From assembly GCA_031262705.1 (NCBI GenBank), contig JAISHD010000019.1, forward strand, positions 61-64,060: DNA of 64,000 bases, written 5' to 3'. Below the pieces are notes generated by a model, which saw only the letters and a list, made by a program, of their open reading frames with translations, did not search any database and had not been told where the DNA came from. A program made the position numbers and the translations under genes. This document shows, one piece after another, positions 28,859 through 39,154 of the stretch (within the stretch, counting starts at the first letter, position 1; each line of letters begins with the position of its first letter). Origin of the DNA: Methanocalculaceae archaeon. GTDB lineage: Archaea; Halobacteriota; Methanomicrobia; Methanomicrobiales; Methanocorpusculaceae.

Positions 28859-30031
28859 ATGCTGCTTCTTGCCCTTGCGGGAAAACCAAATTGCGGGAAA
28901 TCGACATTTTTTAAGTCGCTGACCCTTGCAAACGTTGAGATTGCCAACTACCCCTTCACCACCATCGATGCAAACAAAGGCGTCGCCTACGTGCGGTCAC
29001 CCTGTCCCTGCAAAGAACTCTGTCTGGAAAACTGCACCTCCTGCGTTGACGGTGTCAGGTTCATTCCGATCGAGCTTCTGGACGTTGCAGGACTCGTCCC
29101 CGACGCACATCTCGGCAGGGGCCTCGGTAACCAGTTCCTCGACAATCTCCGGGAAGCCGACGGCATCATCCAGGTCGTTGATGCATCGGGAAGTACCGAT
29201 GCTGAAGGCAACCCGGTTGACATCGGTACCCGCGACCCTCGTGAAGATGTCGAGTTCCTCAGATATGAATTTGCCATGTGGATGGCGGGAATCGTTGACA
29301 AACATCTCGCCAAACTCGTCCGTCAGGCGCAGGGAAAGGAGGCTGTCTTAATCGATCTACTGGCAGGCGCACTTGCCGGTCTTCGAATCAATGCACTTCA
29401 GATCCGCGAAGCGGTTGATGAGACCGGTATCAACCTTGCAAAAGCATCACCGGAGGACATTGAACAGATGTGCGAGGTTCTGCTCCGCGTCTCAAAACCG
29501 ATGATCATTGCCGCAAACAAAGCAGATCAGGCATCAGACGCCAACCTTGCTGCACTGAAAGACCTCGGCGCAGTTCCCACCATTGCCGCAGGAGAACTTG
29601 CCCTCAAATCCGCCGCGCAGGCAAAAATACTCCGCTACCTTCCCGGTGATAGTACGTTTGTGCCGGTCAAAGGCGCAAAACTTTCCGCGCCGCAACTCAA
29701 GGCGCTTACCATGATCGCTGAAAACATGAAAAAGTTTGGCGGAACCGGTGTACAGGAAGCACTCAACAACCTTGTCTTTGAGGAGATCGGTATGATCGTT
29801 GTCTACCCGGTTGAGGACGACAACAAATGCTGTAATGCAAAAGGTGTCGTTTTACCTGACGCATTCCTGATGCCAAAAGGCAGTACGCCCAAAGACCTCG
29901 CGTTTCGGGTGCATACCGATATCGGCAATGGATTTCTCTACGCCGTTGATGCATGCACCAAAATGCGGATCAAAGACAGTACCGAACTGAAGTCCGGCGA
30001 TGTTATCCGAATCGTCAGTACAGCAAAATGA
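28859..30031 (+). CDS. ychF: YchF/Ola1-like Obg-family ATPase with TGS domain
   Basis: GKPNCGKST, NYPFTT, DVAGL, NKAD, VHTDIG. Confidence 0.9.
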   Translation: MLLLALAGKPNCGKSTFFKSLTLANVEIANYPFTTIDANKGVAYVRSPCPCKELCLENCTSCVDGVRFIPIELLDVAGLVPDAHLGRGLGNQFLDNLREADGIIQVVDASGSTDAEGNPVDIGTRDPREDVEFLRYEFAMWMAGIVDKHLAKLVRQAQGKEAVLIDLLAGALAGLRINALQIREAVDETGINLAKASPEDIEQMCEVLLRVSKPMIIAANKADQASDANLAALKDLGAVPTIAAGELALKSAAQAKILRYLPGDSTFVPVKGAKLSAPQLKALTMIAENMKKFGGTGVQEALNNLVFEEIGMIVVYPVEDDNKCCNAKGVVLPDAFLMPKGSTPKDLAFRVHTDIGNGFLYAVDACTKMRIKDSTELKSGDVIRIVSTAK

Positions 30032-30073
30032 CGGCAATCTATATTATCTCTCAGATGCAAAGGTAAAGTAACT

Positions 30074-30391
30074 ATGGGAAGTGAGATGTATCAGGCACAG
30101 GTTCTCCGGGCATTCTTCGATACCATTACCGGGACTGATCGGAATCTCACCCGTATTTACATGTGTGTCATTTCCCTTGCCAAACTCCGGGGAGAAAACC
30201 CGGAAAAACTCAGGTTTTTAATGGAGCAGATGCGTGCAAGCAAGGAAAAGCGTGAACTCTCCATCGATATTCTCGACTATATGGCAGAAGCTGCCAACTC
30301 CCTTGAACCATGGGCGGGTCAGTCCGCATTCGGTATCACCGCCCCGGTGAAATCCGAGGATTTCGGCGGAATCTCCATGGATTCCTTCTGA
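30074..30391 (+). CDS. Hypothetical protein
   Basis: 105-aa ORF with typical codon usage filling the gap between two genes. Confidence 0.7.
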   Translation: MGSEMYQAQVLRAFFDTITGTDRNLTRIYMCVISLAKLRGENPEKLRFLMEQMRASKEKRELSIDILDYMAEAANSLEPWAGQSAFGITAPVKSEDFGGISMDSF

Positions 30392-30501
30392 ACTCTGTTT
30401 TGCGAGGCTTTCTATCATGACCGGATTAAGCTCCGACATCATCCATTTACGCAGACACGTTACAACACGTTAATAAGTCACTATGATAAAAGATTTATCT
30501 C

Positions 30502-31983
30502 ATGAGTGTGTTTGATGCAATCAACTCCGCCGCAGGAGAATTTCTCACTCTTATCAACATGGATCAGACCTTCTGGCCGATCGTAATTGTTGTTCTTTTC
30601 TGCGTCGGATTGTACTTCACTATCAGAACTGGAGGGGTTCAGTTCACGATGCTGAAGGAGTCATGCCGTCAGGCATTCGGTAGTATAAAACTGTCCGATG
30701 TCACCGGCAAATCAAAATCCGTATCTTCATTCCAGGCATTTGCCGTCAGTATGGGGGCACGGGTCGGTATTGGAAACATTGCCGGTGTTGCCGCAGCGCT
30801 GGTGCTCGGCGGACCCGGTGCAGTGTTTTGGATGTGGCTGTTTGCTATTCTTGGTGCAGCAACAAGTTTTGTTGAGTGTACTGTCGGCCAGATCTACAAA
30901 GAAAAAGATGCAGGGGGCCACTTCAACGGCGGACCTGCCTACTATATCAAAAATGCACTTGGCAGCAAGGACATTGCTTGTGTTGTTGCACTTCTTGTTA
31001 TTATTGCATACCCGTTCCTCTTTACCGGCATGCAGGCAAGTACTATCACTTCTGCGTTTACCTCCGCAACCGGTCTTGACCAGTGGATCATTGCAGTTGT
31101 CGTTACCCTGATTACCGCAGCCATTATCTTTGGCGGAATTCACCGCGTTGCAAAAGTATCTTCTGCACTTGTCCCGTTCATGGCAGTGCTCTATCTGGTA
31201 CTCGCCGCTGTTTTGATTCTCTTAAACATCACCAAAGTACCAGAGATGTTTGTAACAATCTTCTCCTACGCATTCGGCCTTCAGGCATTTGCCGGAGGTG
31301 CGATAGGTACGGTGATTATGCAGGGAGTCAGACGTGGAATGTTCTCCAACGAAGCCGGTATCGGTTCTATTCCAAATGTCGTCTCCTCTGCAAAGATCAA
31401 GCACCCGGTCAAACAGGGTCTGATTCAGTCCCTTGGTGTCTACGTTGACACGCTGATCGTCTGCAGTGCCACAGCATTTGTGATTCTGCTATGCGCCGGC
31501 GACTCGTTCATCTCGTACATGGAGTACGGTACAACCAAGGCCGTTCTCGTACAGGACATTTTAGCCACCACTTTCCTTGGCGGTATTGCACCAATGTTGA
31601 TTGCAGTCATTATTCTGTTCTTCGCGTTCAGCAGTATGATCAGCTACTACTTCATGGGAGAAACCAACACCAGATTCCTTACCAAGAACAAACATGCACT
31701 CACGGTGTTCCGTGTGCTGGTTGTTCTGCTGGTTCTTATCGCCTGTCTTATCTCGATTGATACAGTCTGGGACCTTGGCGATCTGTTCATGGGAATTATG
31801 GCGCTCTTCAACCTGAGTGCTCTGATCTTCATCTGTAAGTATGCATTTGAAGCCCTGAAAGACTACAAGAAGCAGCGTGCTGCAGGTATCGAAGAACCTA
31901 TCTTCGATCCGTCCATTCTGTCCAACACCACAGGTATTACCTGCTGGCCGGACAATGAACCCGAACAAAAAGATGAGAAGTAG
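30502..31983 (+). CDS. Alanine/glycine:cation symporter (AgcS/AlsT family)
   Basis: ARVGIGNIAGVA, GGPGAVFWMW, GGPAYYI, RGMFSNEAGIGS, DTLIVCSAT. Confidence 0.93.
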   Translation: MSVFDAINSAAGEFLTLINMDQTFWPIVIVVLFCVGLYFTIRTGGVQFTMLKESCRQAFGSIKLSDVTGKSKSVSSFQAFAVSMGARVGIGNIAGVAAALVLGGPGAVFWMWLFAILGAATSFVECTVGQIYKEKDAGGHFNGGPAYYIKNALGSKDIACVVALLVIIAYPFLFTGMQASTITSAFTSATGLDQWIIAVVVTLITAAIIFGGIHRVAKVSSALVPFMAVLYLVLAAVLILLNITKVPEMFVTIFSYAFGLQAFAGGAIGTVIMQGVRRGMFSNEAGIGSIPNVVSSAKIKHPVKQGLIQSLGVYVDTLIVCSATAFVILLCAGDSFISYMEYGTTKAVLVQDILATTFLGGIAPMLIAVIILFFAFSSMISYYFMGETNTRFLTKNKHALTVFRVLVVLLVLIACLISIDTVWDLGDLFMGIMALFNLSALIFICKYAFEALKDYKKQRAAGIEEPIFDPSILSNTTGITCWPDNEPEQKDEK

Positions 31984-32066
31984 ACCTGTTCCTTCATTGG
32001 AACACTTTTTTTCCGGCTGTCGAGTCGGATGAATATATCTTGCAGCACTCCCTACCTACTAATAAC

Positions 32067-32909
32067 ATGGAGTGCGTGCTGCTTGCAAGTGGAAGCAAAG
32101 GAAACAGCATCTATATCGGAAACGATACGGACGCGGTGGTAATCGATGCCGGAATCGGCTACCTGAAGCGTACGCTGGAGGATCTTTCTCTTGATACTTC
32201 CCGCGTTCGCGCGCTGTGCGTGACACACGAGCACTCCGATCATGTCCGTTCCGCAAAGGCGTTTGTCAAGGCGATGAAGATTCCGGTGTATGGGACGGGC
32301 GGCACCTTGGATGCCTCGATCCGCGGAGGATTTCTGCCTCAGACCGCAAAACTGGTTGTCTGCCGGGAGAAAATTCCGGAAACCGCCGGCAGTCTTTCCA
32401 TTACCACATTCTGCACCTGGCATGACGCAGACGAGCCTTCCGGTTTTGTCATTGACGACGGTGATGCCCGTATCGGTGTCTGCCTTGATACCCATGAGGT
32501 AACGCCTGCGATGCTTAAGATTCTCCGTGGTTGCGATGCGGTGGTGCTGGAAAGCAACTACTGTTCTCCTGCAATGCAGAACGATACATTTCCCAACTGT
32601 GCCGCATGCCGCAGCTGTGGCGCCCACTGCTGTGGCAATCGCCGTGTTCTCCGGCTGTACCCGCGATATCTGAAAGACCGCATCCGCGAGGAGGGGCACC
32701 TTTCCAATGAAAATTCTGCTGCTGCACAGCGGCTGCTTGCCGGAGACGTCGGCATTATTGCCCTTGCACATCTGTCGGAAAACTACAACCGCCCGAATCT
32801 TGCCCGTGAATCCGCGGAAGATGCTGCAGGAGAGTCGGGGACGAAGATCTATGTCAGCGACCAGCTTCCCGAGTACCGGGAGAGACGGCTCGTCCGTTTT
32901 ACTGTGTAG
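32067..32909 (+). CDS. MBL-fold metallo-hydrolase (YycJ/WalJ-like) with Cys-rich insertion
   Basis: [36 protein letters not shown]. Confidence 0.88.
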   Translation: MECVLLASGSKGNSIYIGNDTDAVVIDAGIGYLKRTLEDLSLDTSRVRALCVTHEHSDHVRSAKAFVKAMKIPVYGTGGTLDASIRGGFLPQTAKLVVCREKIPETAGSLSITTFCTWHDADEPSGFVIDDGDARIGVCLDTHEVTPAMLKILRGCDAVVLESNYCSPAMQNDTFPNCAACRSCGAHCCGNRRVLRLYPRYLKDRIREEGHLSNENSAAAQRLLAGDVGIIALAHLSENYNRPNLARESAEDAAGESGTKIYVSDQLPEYRERRLVRFTV

Positions 32910-32917
32910 GTGTTGCA

Positions 32918-34576
32918 ATGCTGTTCCGTGAATTTGCAGAACTGTGTGATCGGCTTGAAACTATCTCTTCTCGGCTTGCGATGATCGATGTCCTCTCCGA
33001 GGTCTTTCCTTCCCTGTCTGAAGAGGAACTGCCGGTGTTCGTGCGGTTTATGCGCGGAAAAATTTTTCCCGACTGGTCGTCCGAAAAGCTCGGGTTCGGT
33101 CCTAGTCTTTTGTATGAGGCGCTTGCCTATGTAATCGGAAAGAAACGGCAGGTGGTAATCTCAGCAATCAATAGTTCAGGCGACACCGGCCGGGTTGTTG
33201 AGGAGCTACTTGAAAAACGGGAACAGACGATGTTCTTTTCCGAAGAGCTTGGGCTGCTTGAGGTGCATGCACGGTTTTTACAGATGGCAAAGACGTCCGG
33301 GCGCAAGTCCCAACAGGAACGGATACGGTCTGCGCAGTATCTCCTCTCAAATGCATCATCGCTGGAAGGGCGATATCTGTCGAGGCTGATGCTTGAAGAG
33401 ATGCGCATTGGTATAGGAGAAGGCGTTGTTCGCGAGGCCGTTGCCAAAGGTTTCGCCGTTCCAGTGGAGATCGTTGAGCACGCCCATCAGGCTCTCAATG
33501 ATCTCGGCGAGGTTGCGCTTCTGGCAAAAACCGATCCTGCTGCCCTTGCGAAGGTGCACATCACTCCGTTCCGGCCGGTGAAGATGATGCTCGCACAGGC
33601 AGGATCGATTGCCGGCATGGTGGAATCACACGGATTCCTTGCAGCTGAGAACAAGTACGATGGCAGCAGGTTCCAGTTCCACAAGGCAGGCGGCAGGACG
33701 GCAATATACTCGCGCCGTCTTGAGGAGATGACTTCATCACTCCCTGATGTGGTGGCGTTGCTTTCCTCTGCAACCGATCAGGACGTTATCATTGACGGTG
33801 AGATCATTGCAATGCAGAACGGGAAACCCATGCCGTTTCAGACGGTGCTGCGGAGAATCCGCAGAAAACACGGTGTTATGGATGCCGCAGATGCCATGCA
33901 TATGCAGCCGCGTGTTTTTGATATTCTCGTCTGCGACGGAGAGACACTGATCGACCGCCCGTTCTCTGAGCGCAGGAAGATTTTGGAAAACGTCATGAAG
34001 GATTTTGTCGCTCCCCAGATGGTGAGCGACTCACCAGAGGAGATTGAGAACTACTACCATGTAGCACTTGACAATGGCAACGAAGGTATTATGCTCAAGG
34101 TTCTGGACTCTCCCTATCTTCCCGGCAACCGCGGCAAACTCTGGATCAAGATCAAACCCGAGGTTGATACGATTGATCTCGTTGTCACGGGTGCTGAGTG
34201 GGGAGAAGGAAAGCGTGCGAAGATGTTCGGTTCGTTTTTGCTTGCCTGTCAGGATGAAAACGGTGAACTGCTGGAGCTAAGCCGTGTGGCGACCGGTATT
34301 GACGATGCTATGCTTGCCGAGCTGTATGAGCTGTTTAAGGATAAAATCATCGCTGAGCACGGAAAAACCGTGATGTTTGAACCTGATATCGTTTTCGAGG
34401 TAGGGTATGCCGAGCTGCAGAAAAGTACCACCTATGCCGCGGGATATGCTCTGCGGTTTCCGCGTTTCATCCGCCTGCGTGATGACAAAGATCCAAACGA
34501 GGTGGAGACGATCGATTCTCTGTTCCGCAGGTACGGTATGCAGAATAAGGCCATAGTCAAAGAGCCCAGCCTTTAA
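32918..34576 (+). CDS. lig: ATP-dependent DNA ligase
   Basis: [35 protein letters not shown]. Confidence 0.96.
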   Translation: MLFREFAELCDRLETISSRLAMIDVLSEVFPSLSEEELPVFVRFMRGKIFPDWSSEKLGFGPSLLYEALAYVIGKKRQVVISAINSSGDTGRVVEELLEKREQTMFFSEELGLLEVHARFLQMAKTSGRKSQQERIRSAQYLLSNASSLEGRYLSRLMLEEMRIGIGEGVVREAVAKGFAVPVEIVEHAHQALNDLGEVALLAKTDPAALAKVHITPFRPVKMMLAQAGSIAGMVESHGFLAAENKYDGSRFQFHKAGGRTAIYSRRLEEMTSSLPDVVALLSSATDQDVIIDGEIIAMQNGKPMPFQTVLRRIRRKHGVMDAADAMHMQPRVFDILVCDGETLIDRPFSERRKILENVMKDFVAPQMVSDSPEEIENYYHVALDNGNEGIMLKVLDSPYLPGNRGKLWIKIKPEVDTIDLVVTGAEWGEGKRAKMFGSFLLACQDENGELLELSRVATGIDDAMLAELYELFKDKIIAEHGKTVMFEPDIVFEVGYAELQKSTTYAAGYALRFPRFIRLRDDKDPNEVETIDSLFRRYGMQNKAIVKEPSL

Positions 34577-34816
34577 ACCATGGATTTAGTGGACCAATAC
34601 AGGCAAAAACAGGACACAAACAGCCGGAAGGGCATGTTAGCCCGCATTTTTACCACAGAGACATAGTCCCCCATTCATCTAGGTTAAAACAAGCCGGTAA
34701 TGGTCTGTTTCCGCTCTTTTTCCCCGAAAATTCCCTTCCAATACTGTTTTGTTAGAAGGCAAGTTTATGTAGACTCAAAAAAGAAATATTACCAGCATTT
34801 CGGCGAGGCACTTCCT

Positions 34817-37096
34817 GTGATATCACCACTTGAAAAGATTAGCGAACTCATTGTACAGCGGCCGTTTTTGGTTGGTTGTTTCCTGATAGCTCTCATTATG
34901 CTCTCTTTCGTTGGAGCAAGTACTCTGTCCATGAGTACCTAGACACAGGATGCAGATAAAAACGCTCACGGCGCGTACATCTCGGAAAGTTACAAGAATA
35001 ACTTCCAGTCGGACTCCATCATGTTAATGGTCCAGGCCGACTCGGTAATGGACGTAACGGTTGTGGATCGTGTCTATACACTGCAGCAGCAGATGGCGAC
35101 AACCCAGGGGGTTTCGTCGGTACAAAGCGTGTATGATGTTTTGGCCGCCTACAACGGAGGGACTGTTCCCCAGAACCAAGCAACCATTGACATGGTTGTT
35201 GCGAAGATTCCGGCGGATATTACTGCATCCATTATGCCAAACGGGCAACTTGCGATTATTTTGATCAAGCTGGATACCGGAACGTCCTCAACCACGCAGC
35301 AGAGTATTCTCAATAACCTGCGAAGCATGACGGCTGCATCCAACATTCCTCCGGGAGTGACGCTGACCTTTACCGGCAATGCAGCAATGCAACAGGATAT
35401 GGGTGGTGACCTTGGTTCGAACATGATCATTTTGCTGGTGGCGGCAATTGTTCTAATGATGTTTGCCTGTAAGTTCCTGTTCAATCATGTGCGGTTCCCG
35501 CTGCTGTCGATTGTAAGCGTGTTTACCGGTCTGATTCTGACGTTTGGTATGATGGGAATCTTTGGCTTGCCGTTTTCGATGACGACGATTGGTGCAATGC
35601 CGATCCTTCTGGGTATCGGTGTGGATTATGCAATTCAGTTCCATTCACGTCTGGACGATGAGATGCGAAACAAGCACCCTCTTCCCGAGGCAATTAAACT
35701 TTCCGTGTCCAAGACGGGTGCGGCGGTGTTTTACGCAATGATTGCCAGTGCACTGGGATTCATGGCAATGATGGTTTCCACTCTGCCGGATATCCGCCAG
35801 TTTGGTATCACGGCAATTCTTGGTATTGCCTGTTGTTATGTTGCTGCACTGATCATTATTCCACTAGCAGCTGTTCTTACCAATTATCAGCCCAAGCCGC
35901 ACAAACTTTCAGCGAATGGAGAGGAGAAAAAACCGTTTTCAGAGACTTACAACGAGCTTCTCAGAAAGCTTGCGGTGAAGGTGACGAAGTTTGCCATTCC
36001 CATAATGCTTGTTCTCTGTATCATCGGATTTACCGGAGTGTATCTGGATGAGGAGGTTCCGGTCAGCACGGATATGAAAGCCTATGTGCCGGTGGATATG
36101 CCTGCTATTGTGAATATCAATACAGTAACCCGTGCAATGGGTGATACCGGAGGTTTCCAAGTATATGTGCAGGGAGGGGATCTGACCAGTCCTGATGCGA
36201 TAGAATGGATGTATATGTGGGGAGTGCATGAGTTGGCGTTGTACAACACGCGGTTTACGAGCGTTTCGAGTATTGCGACCGTGGTCGTGGAGAAGAACGG
36301 CGGTGTTATCCCGACAACGCAGGTAGAGATTGACAATGTTCTGAACTCCATGAGCGAGGCGGATAAAGCGTCCTACATTAAAGACGGATCCCAGACAATT
36401 ATCAGTTTCGGCATGAAATCGCTGTCGGAGGCGCAGCAGCGGTCGCTTGTGGCGGAGGTTACTGCGGATGTGCAGTTCTTTGCTCCACCTCCGGGAATTG
36501 AGGCGGTGGTGACGGGCAGTGCGTACTCGTTCGTGGAGATGATGAATGATATCCGCGAAGGAAAAACGAAGATGACTCTGCTCGCATTTGTGATCATCTT
36601 TGCGTTCTTGGCGGTTCTGTACCGCAGTGCAGGTATGGCTATCTGTCCGCTGGTTCCGATCGTGCTGATCATCGGATGGAACGGTGCGGCGATGTACTTC
36701 TTCGGCATCGATTATACGATCCTGACGGCAACGATGGGGGCGATGACCATCGGTGTGGCCGCCGAATACTGTATCATGATGGTGGAGCGTATCTATGAGG
36801 AGATGGAGCATCATGATACGATAACGGCGGTGCAGAACGGTACCGGCAAGATCGGAACGGCAATTACGGTGTCCGGCTGTGCGACGATGTGCGGTTTTTC
36901 GGCACTGATGTTCTCAAACTTCCCGATCATCAGTGGATTTGGTATGGTGACGGTGCTTGCAATGGGCTTTACGCTGTTTGGAGCAGTGGTTGCGGTTCCG
37001 GCAACGGTTGCAATTGTTCTGAAGAACCGCAAAAAGGGCAAGCTTGAGGGCGACGGGGAGTTCACGCACAACTCGATGAACTGCCCAGCCTTATAA
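34817..37096 (+). pseudogene. MMPL/RND-family transporter interrupted by one in-frame TAG (34940-34942)
   Basis: ORFs 34700-34942 and 35021-37096 are in the same frame; GIGVDYAIQ and duplicated TM repeats. Confidence 0.75.
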
Positions 37097-37261
37097 TCTC
37101 TTTTTTTCTGAAAAATGCATGCAGGTCAGTTATCAGTACACAGAACACAATTCTATGTTTTCCGCAGGATTGAGGAATTTATGGGAATATCACTGTTGAA
37201 GGGAGATTAAAAAAAAGGTGCCGGAGATAAAATGTTCTGCAGGCCTAAACTCTGGGTTAAA

Positions 37262-37333
37262 AGCCGTTGGAGGGACTTGAACCCTCGGCCTGCTGATTAC
37301 GAATCAGCCGCTATACCGCTAAGCCACAACGGC
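37262..37333 (-). tRNA. tRNA-Thr(CGT)
   Basis: Reverse complement GCCGTTG...TTCGTAA...GGTTCAAGTCC...CAACGGCT. Confidence 0.95.
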
Positions 37334-37419
37334 ACAGAAAATGTGCTTTATCCAATTGCACGTAACACAATAAATAAGTTATCCGCCTCTCCTCCCGGAG
37401 AGACGGTCCTGCATGCCGG

Positions 37420-37716
37420 TTACGAGTATCCGCGCAGAGTGAACCCGTCCGTTCCCGCCTCCGGTTGTGCCGCGGGAGTGATGGATCCGAACTTCTCCTC
37501 ATAGTCGTTTACGCTTTTCTGCAGTGCTGCCAGCAGTTTTTTTGCATGCGACGGGCTGATGGAAACAATGGCTTTGGCTTTTGCCTGATTCACCGCAGGA
37601 AGCTGATGCAGAAACATCATCGTGAACTCGTCGTCCTTGAAGGCGATCTGAATCATATTGCTGTACACCGGGTCAAGATTCTGGGGAATCTGGACATTGA
37701 TCTCGTTCCCTGCCAT
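37420..37716 (-). CDS. DUF3467-like protein
   Basis: PVYSN, EFTMMF, SPSHAKKLLAAL..YEEKFGSI. Confidence 0.8.
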   Translation of the reverse strand: MAGNEINVQIPQNLDPVYSNMIQIAFKDDEFTMMFLHQLPAVNQAKAKAIVSISPSHAKKLLAALQKSVNDYEEKFGSITPAAQPEAGTDGFTLRGYS

Positions 37717-37760
37717 AAGTATAATACTATTGGCGCGGATGTTATCTTATAGAATCGGTT

Positions 37761-38447
37761 ATGATGTCATCTCCCATTCCGGTACGCGACCTTGTCCGGT
37801 GCAGCGTCTGTCCCCTGCAGGTGTATCTGTCCCGCTCAACTCCCAAGGAGTTTGCAGAGCCTGCGGGCTACAGCATTGCAAAGCAGATTGCCGCACATCT
37901 CGGTGATGAACTCGATCTTGCAGAGATCTGGGAGGAGCTGGAAACGGTTCTGCCGGGTGCAGGTGAGGAGGAGTATGCACAGGCTTCAGCAATGGTTGAG
38001 GCGTGCCGCAAAACAGTCTGGCGATCTCCGGTCAGCACGGATGTGTTTGTATCCTCCCAGAAGTACGGGATTACGGGAAAGGTTGACCGGCTGTTTGAGG
38101 ACGGATTTTCGATTGTCCGCAGCAGTGCAGCACCTTCAGCCGGAATCTATGCGTCCGACCGGCTTCGTCTGACTGCGTACTGGTTCTGCCTTTCTGAGGA
38201 GCACAACAAACCCTTTGCCGGATCGGTGGAGTATCTGGGTTCGGGGACCATACGGCATCTTGCATCACCTGCTCCCGCGGACCGCCGGGCGTTTCTTGCC
38301 GCACTTCGCAGTGCGGAATCGGTTTTCCGGGGTGAGATTCCCCGGCAGAATCAGGGACGCCACTGCCTCTCCTGCACGTTTCATGAGCGGTGCGGTGATG
38401 TTTTGCGCCCGAAATCCCTGTTTGAACGATTGCATCCTGCGAGATGA
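37761..38447 (+). CDS. Stand-alone Cas4-like (Dna2/Cas4, PD-(D/E)xK-fold) protein with degenerate nuclease motif
   Basis: N-terminal CP plus C-terminal CLSCTFHERC Fe-S staple; GKVD retained; ExK and QxxxY altered. Confidence 0.75.
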   Translation: MMSSPIPVRDLVRCSVCPLQVYLSRSTPKEFAEPAGYSIAKQIAAHLGDELDLAEIWEELETVLPGAGEEEYAQASAMVEACRKTVWRSPVSTDVFVSSQKYGITGKVDRLFEDGFSIVRSSAAPSAGIYASDRLRLTAYWFCLSEEHNKPFAGSVEYLGSGTIRHLASPAPADRRAFLAALRSAESVFRGEIPRQNQGRHCLSCTFHERCGDVLRPKSLFERLHPAR

Positions 38448-39154
38448 CGATACCTACATATTCGTTCACAACAGACAAGATACCTGCATTTGCGGGATTA
38501 TTCATGACCTCGGTACTCTCTGAAGACATTCTGGAAGAAATACTCAATAGCGGCACCGATGAGGTTTTGCTTCATGTGCTCAAACTCCCTCACCATACCG
38601 AAACGGAGATTGAAAAAGCCCTGAATACGCTTGTGGAACACGGGTTTGTACACCGCGGCAGCAAAACAGTCCGGCTCACCGAAAAGGGTGCGGAAAAAGC
38701 TGCACAGGTTGCACGCAAGCATGCGGTTCTTGAGACGTTTCTGACCGATGTCCTCGGAAAACAGCCGGAGGCAGCATCCCGGGAAGCCTGCATTCTGGAA
38801 CACAATATTTCAACCGAGACGATTGAACGGCTCGACAACTTTCTGGATCAGAGAAAGCCGGAAACTGTTCCTCTGGAAAAGACGGAGTTCACCAATCACA
38901 ATAACCTCACCCGCAAAAACCCGATCATTCCGCTTTCCGAGTGTCCGGAAGGGTCTCTTCTGCATGTTTCCATGATCCGGTGTTTTGCCAAGCACAGCAG
39001 GCTTATCGATCTCGGAGTAATCCCCGGCGAATTGATTACCCTGCGGCGCAAACTTGTCAACAATGCAGTGGTCATCACGGTGAAGGGGTGTGATATTGCG
39101 TTAAGCCCGGAGGTATCCGCCAACATTATGGTTGAACGGTGTGAGACGCCATGA
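38444..39154 (+). CDS. DtxR/MntR-family metal-dependent regulator fused to FeoA (start may be 38504)
   Basis: LTEKG..A..RKHAVLETFL, EACILEH; C-terminal RLIDLGVIPG...IALSPEVSANI. Confidence 0.88.
   Translation: MTIPTYSFTTDKIPAFAGLFMTSVLSEDILEEILNSGTDEVLLHVLKLPHHTETEIEKALNTLVEHGFVHRGSKTVRLTEKGAEKAAQVARKHAVLETFLTDVLGKQPEAASREACILEHNISTETIERLDNFLDQRKPETVPLEKTEFTNHNNLTRKNPIIPLSECPEGSLLHVSMIRCFAKHSRLIDLGVIPGELITLRRKLVNNAVVITVKGCDIALSPEVSANIMVERCETP

Noticed and set aside
12081-36814. Long antisense ORFs (12081-13055, 32052-32918, 35939-36814 and similar)
   Set aside because: They are shadows of well-supported genes on the opposite strand and have no motifs of their own.
26600-38500. CRISPR array or cas operon near cas1/cas4
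   Set aside because: No regularly spaced direct repeats were visible in any intergenic region, and there are no cas2 or effector genes.
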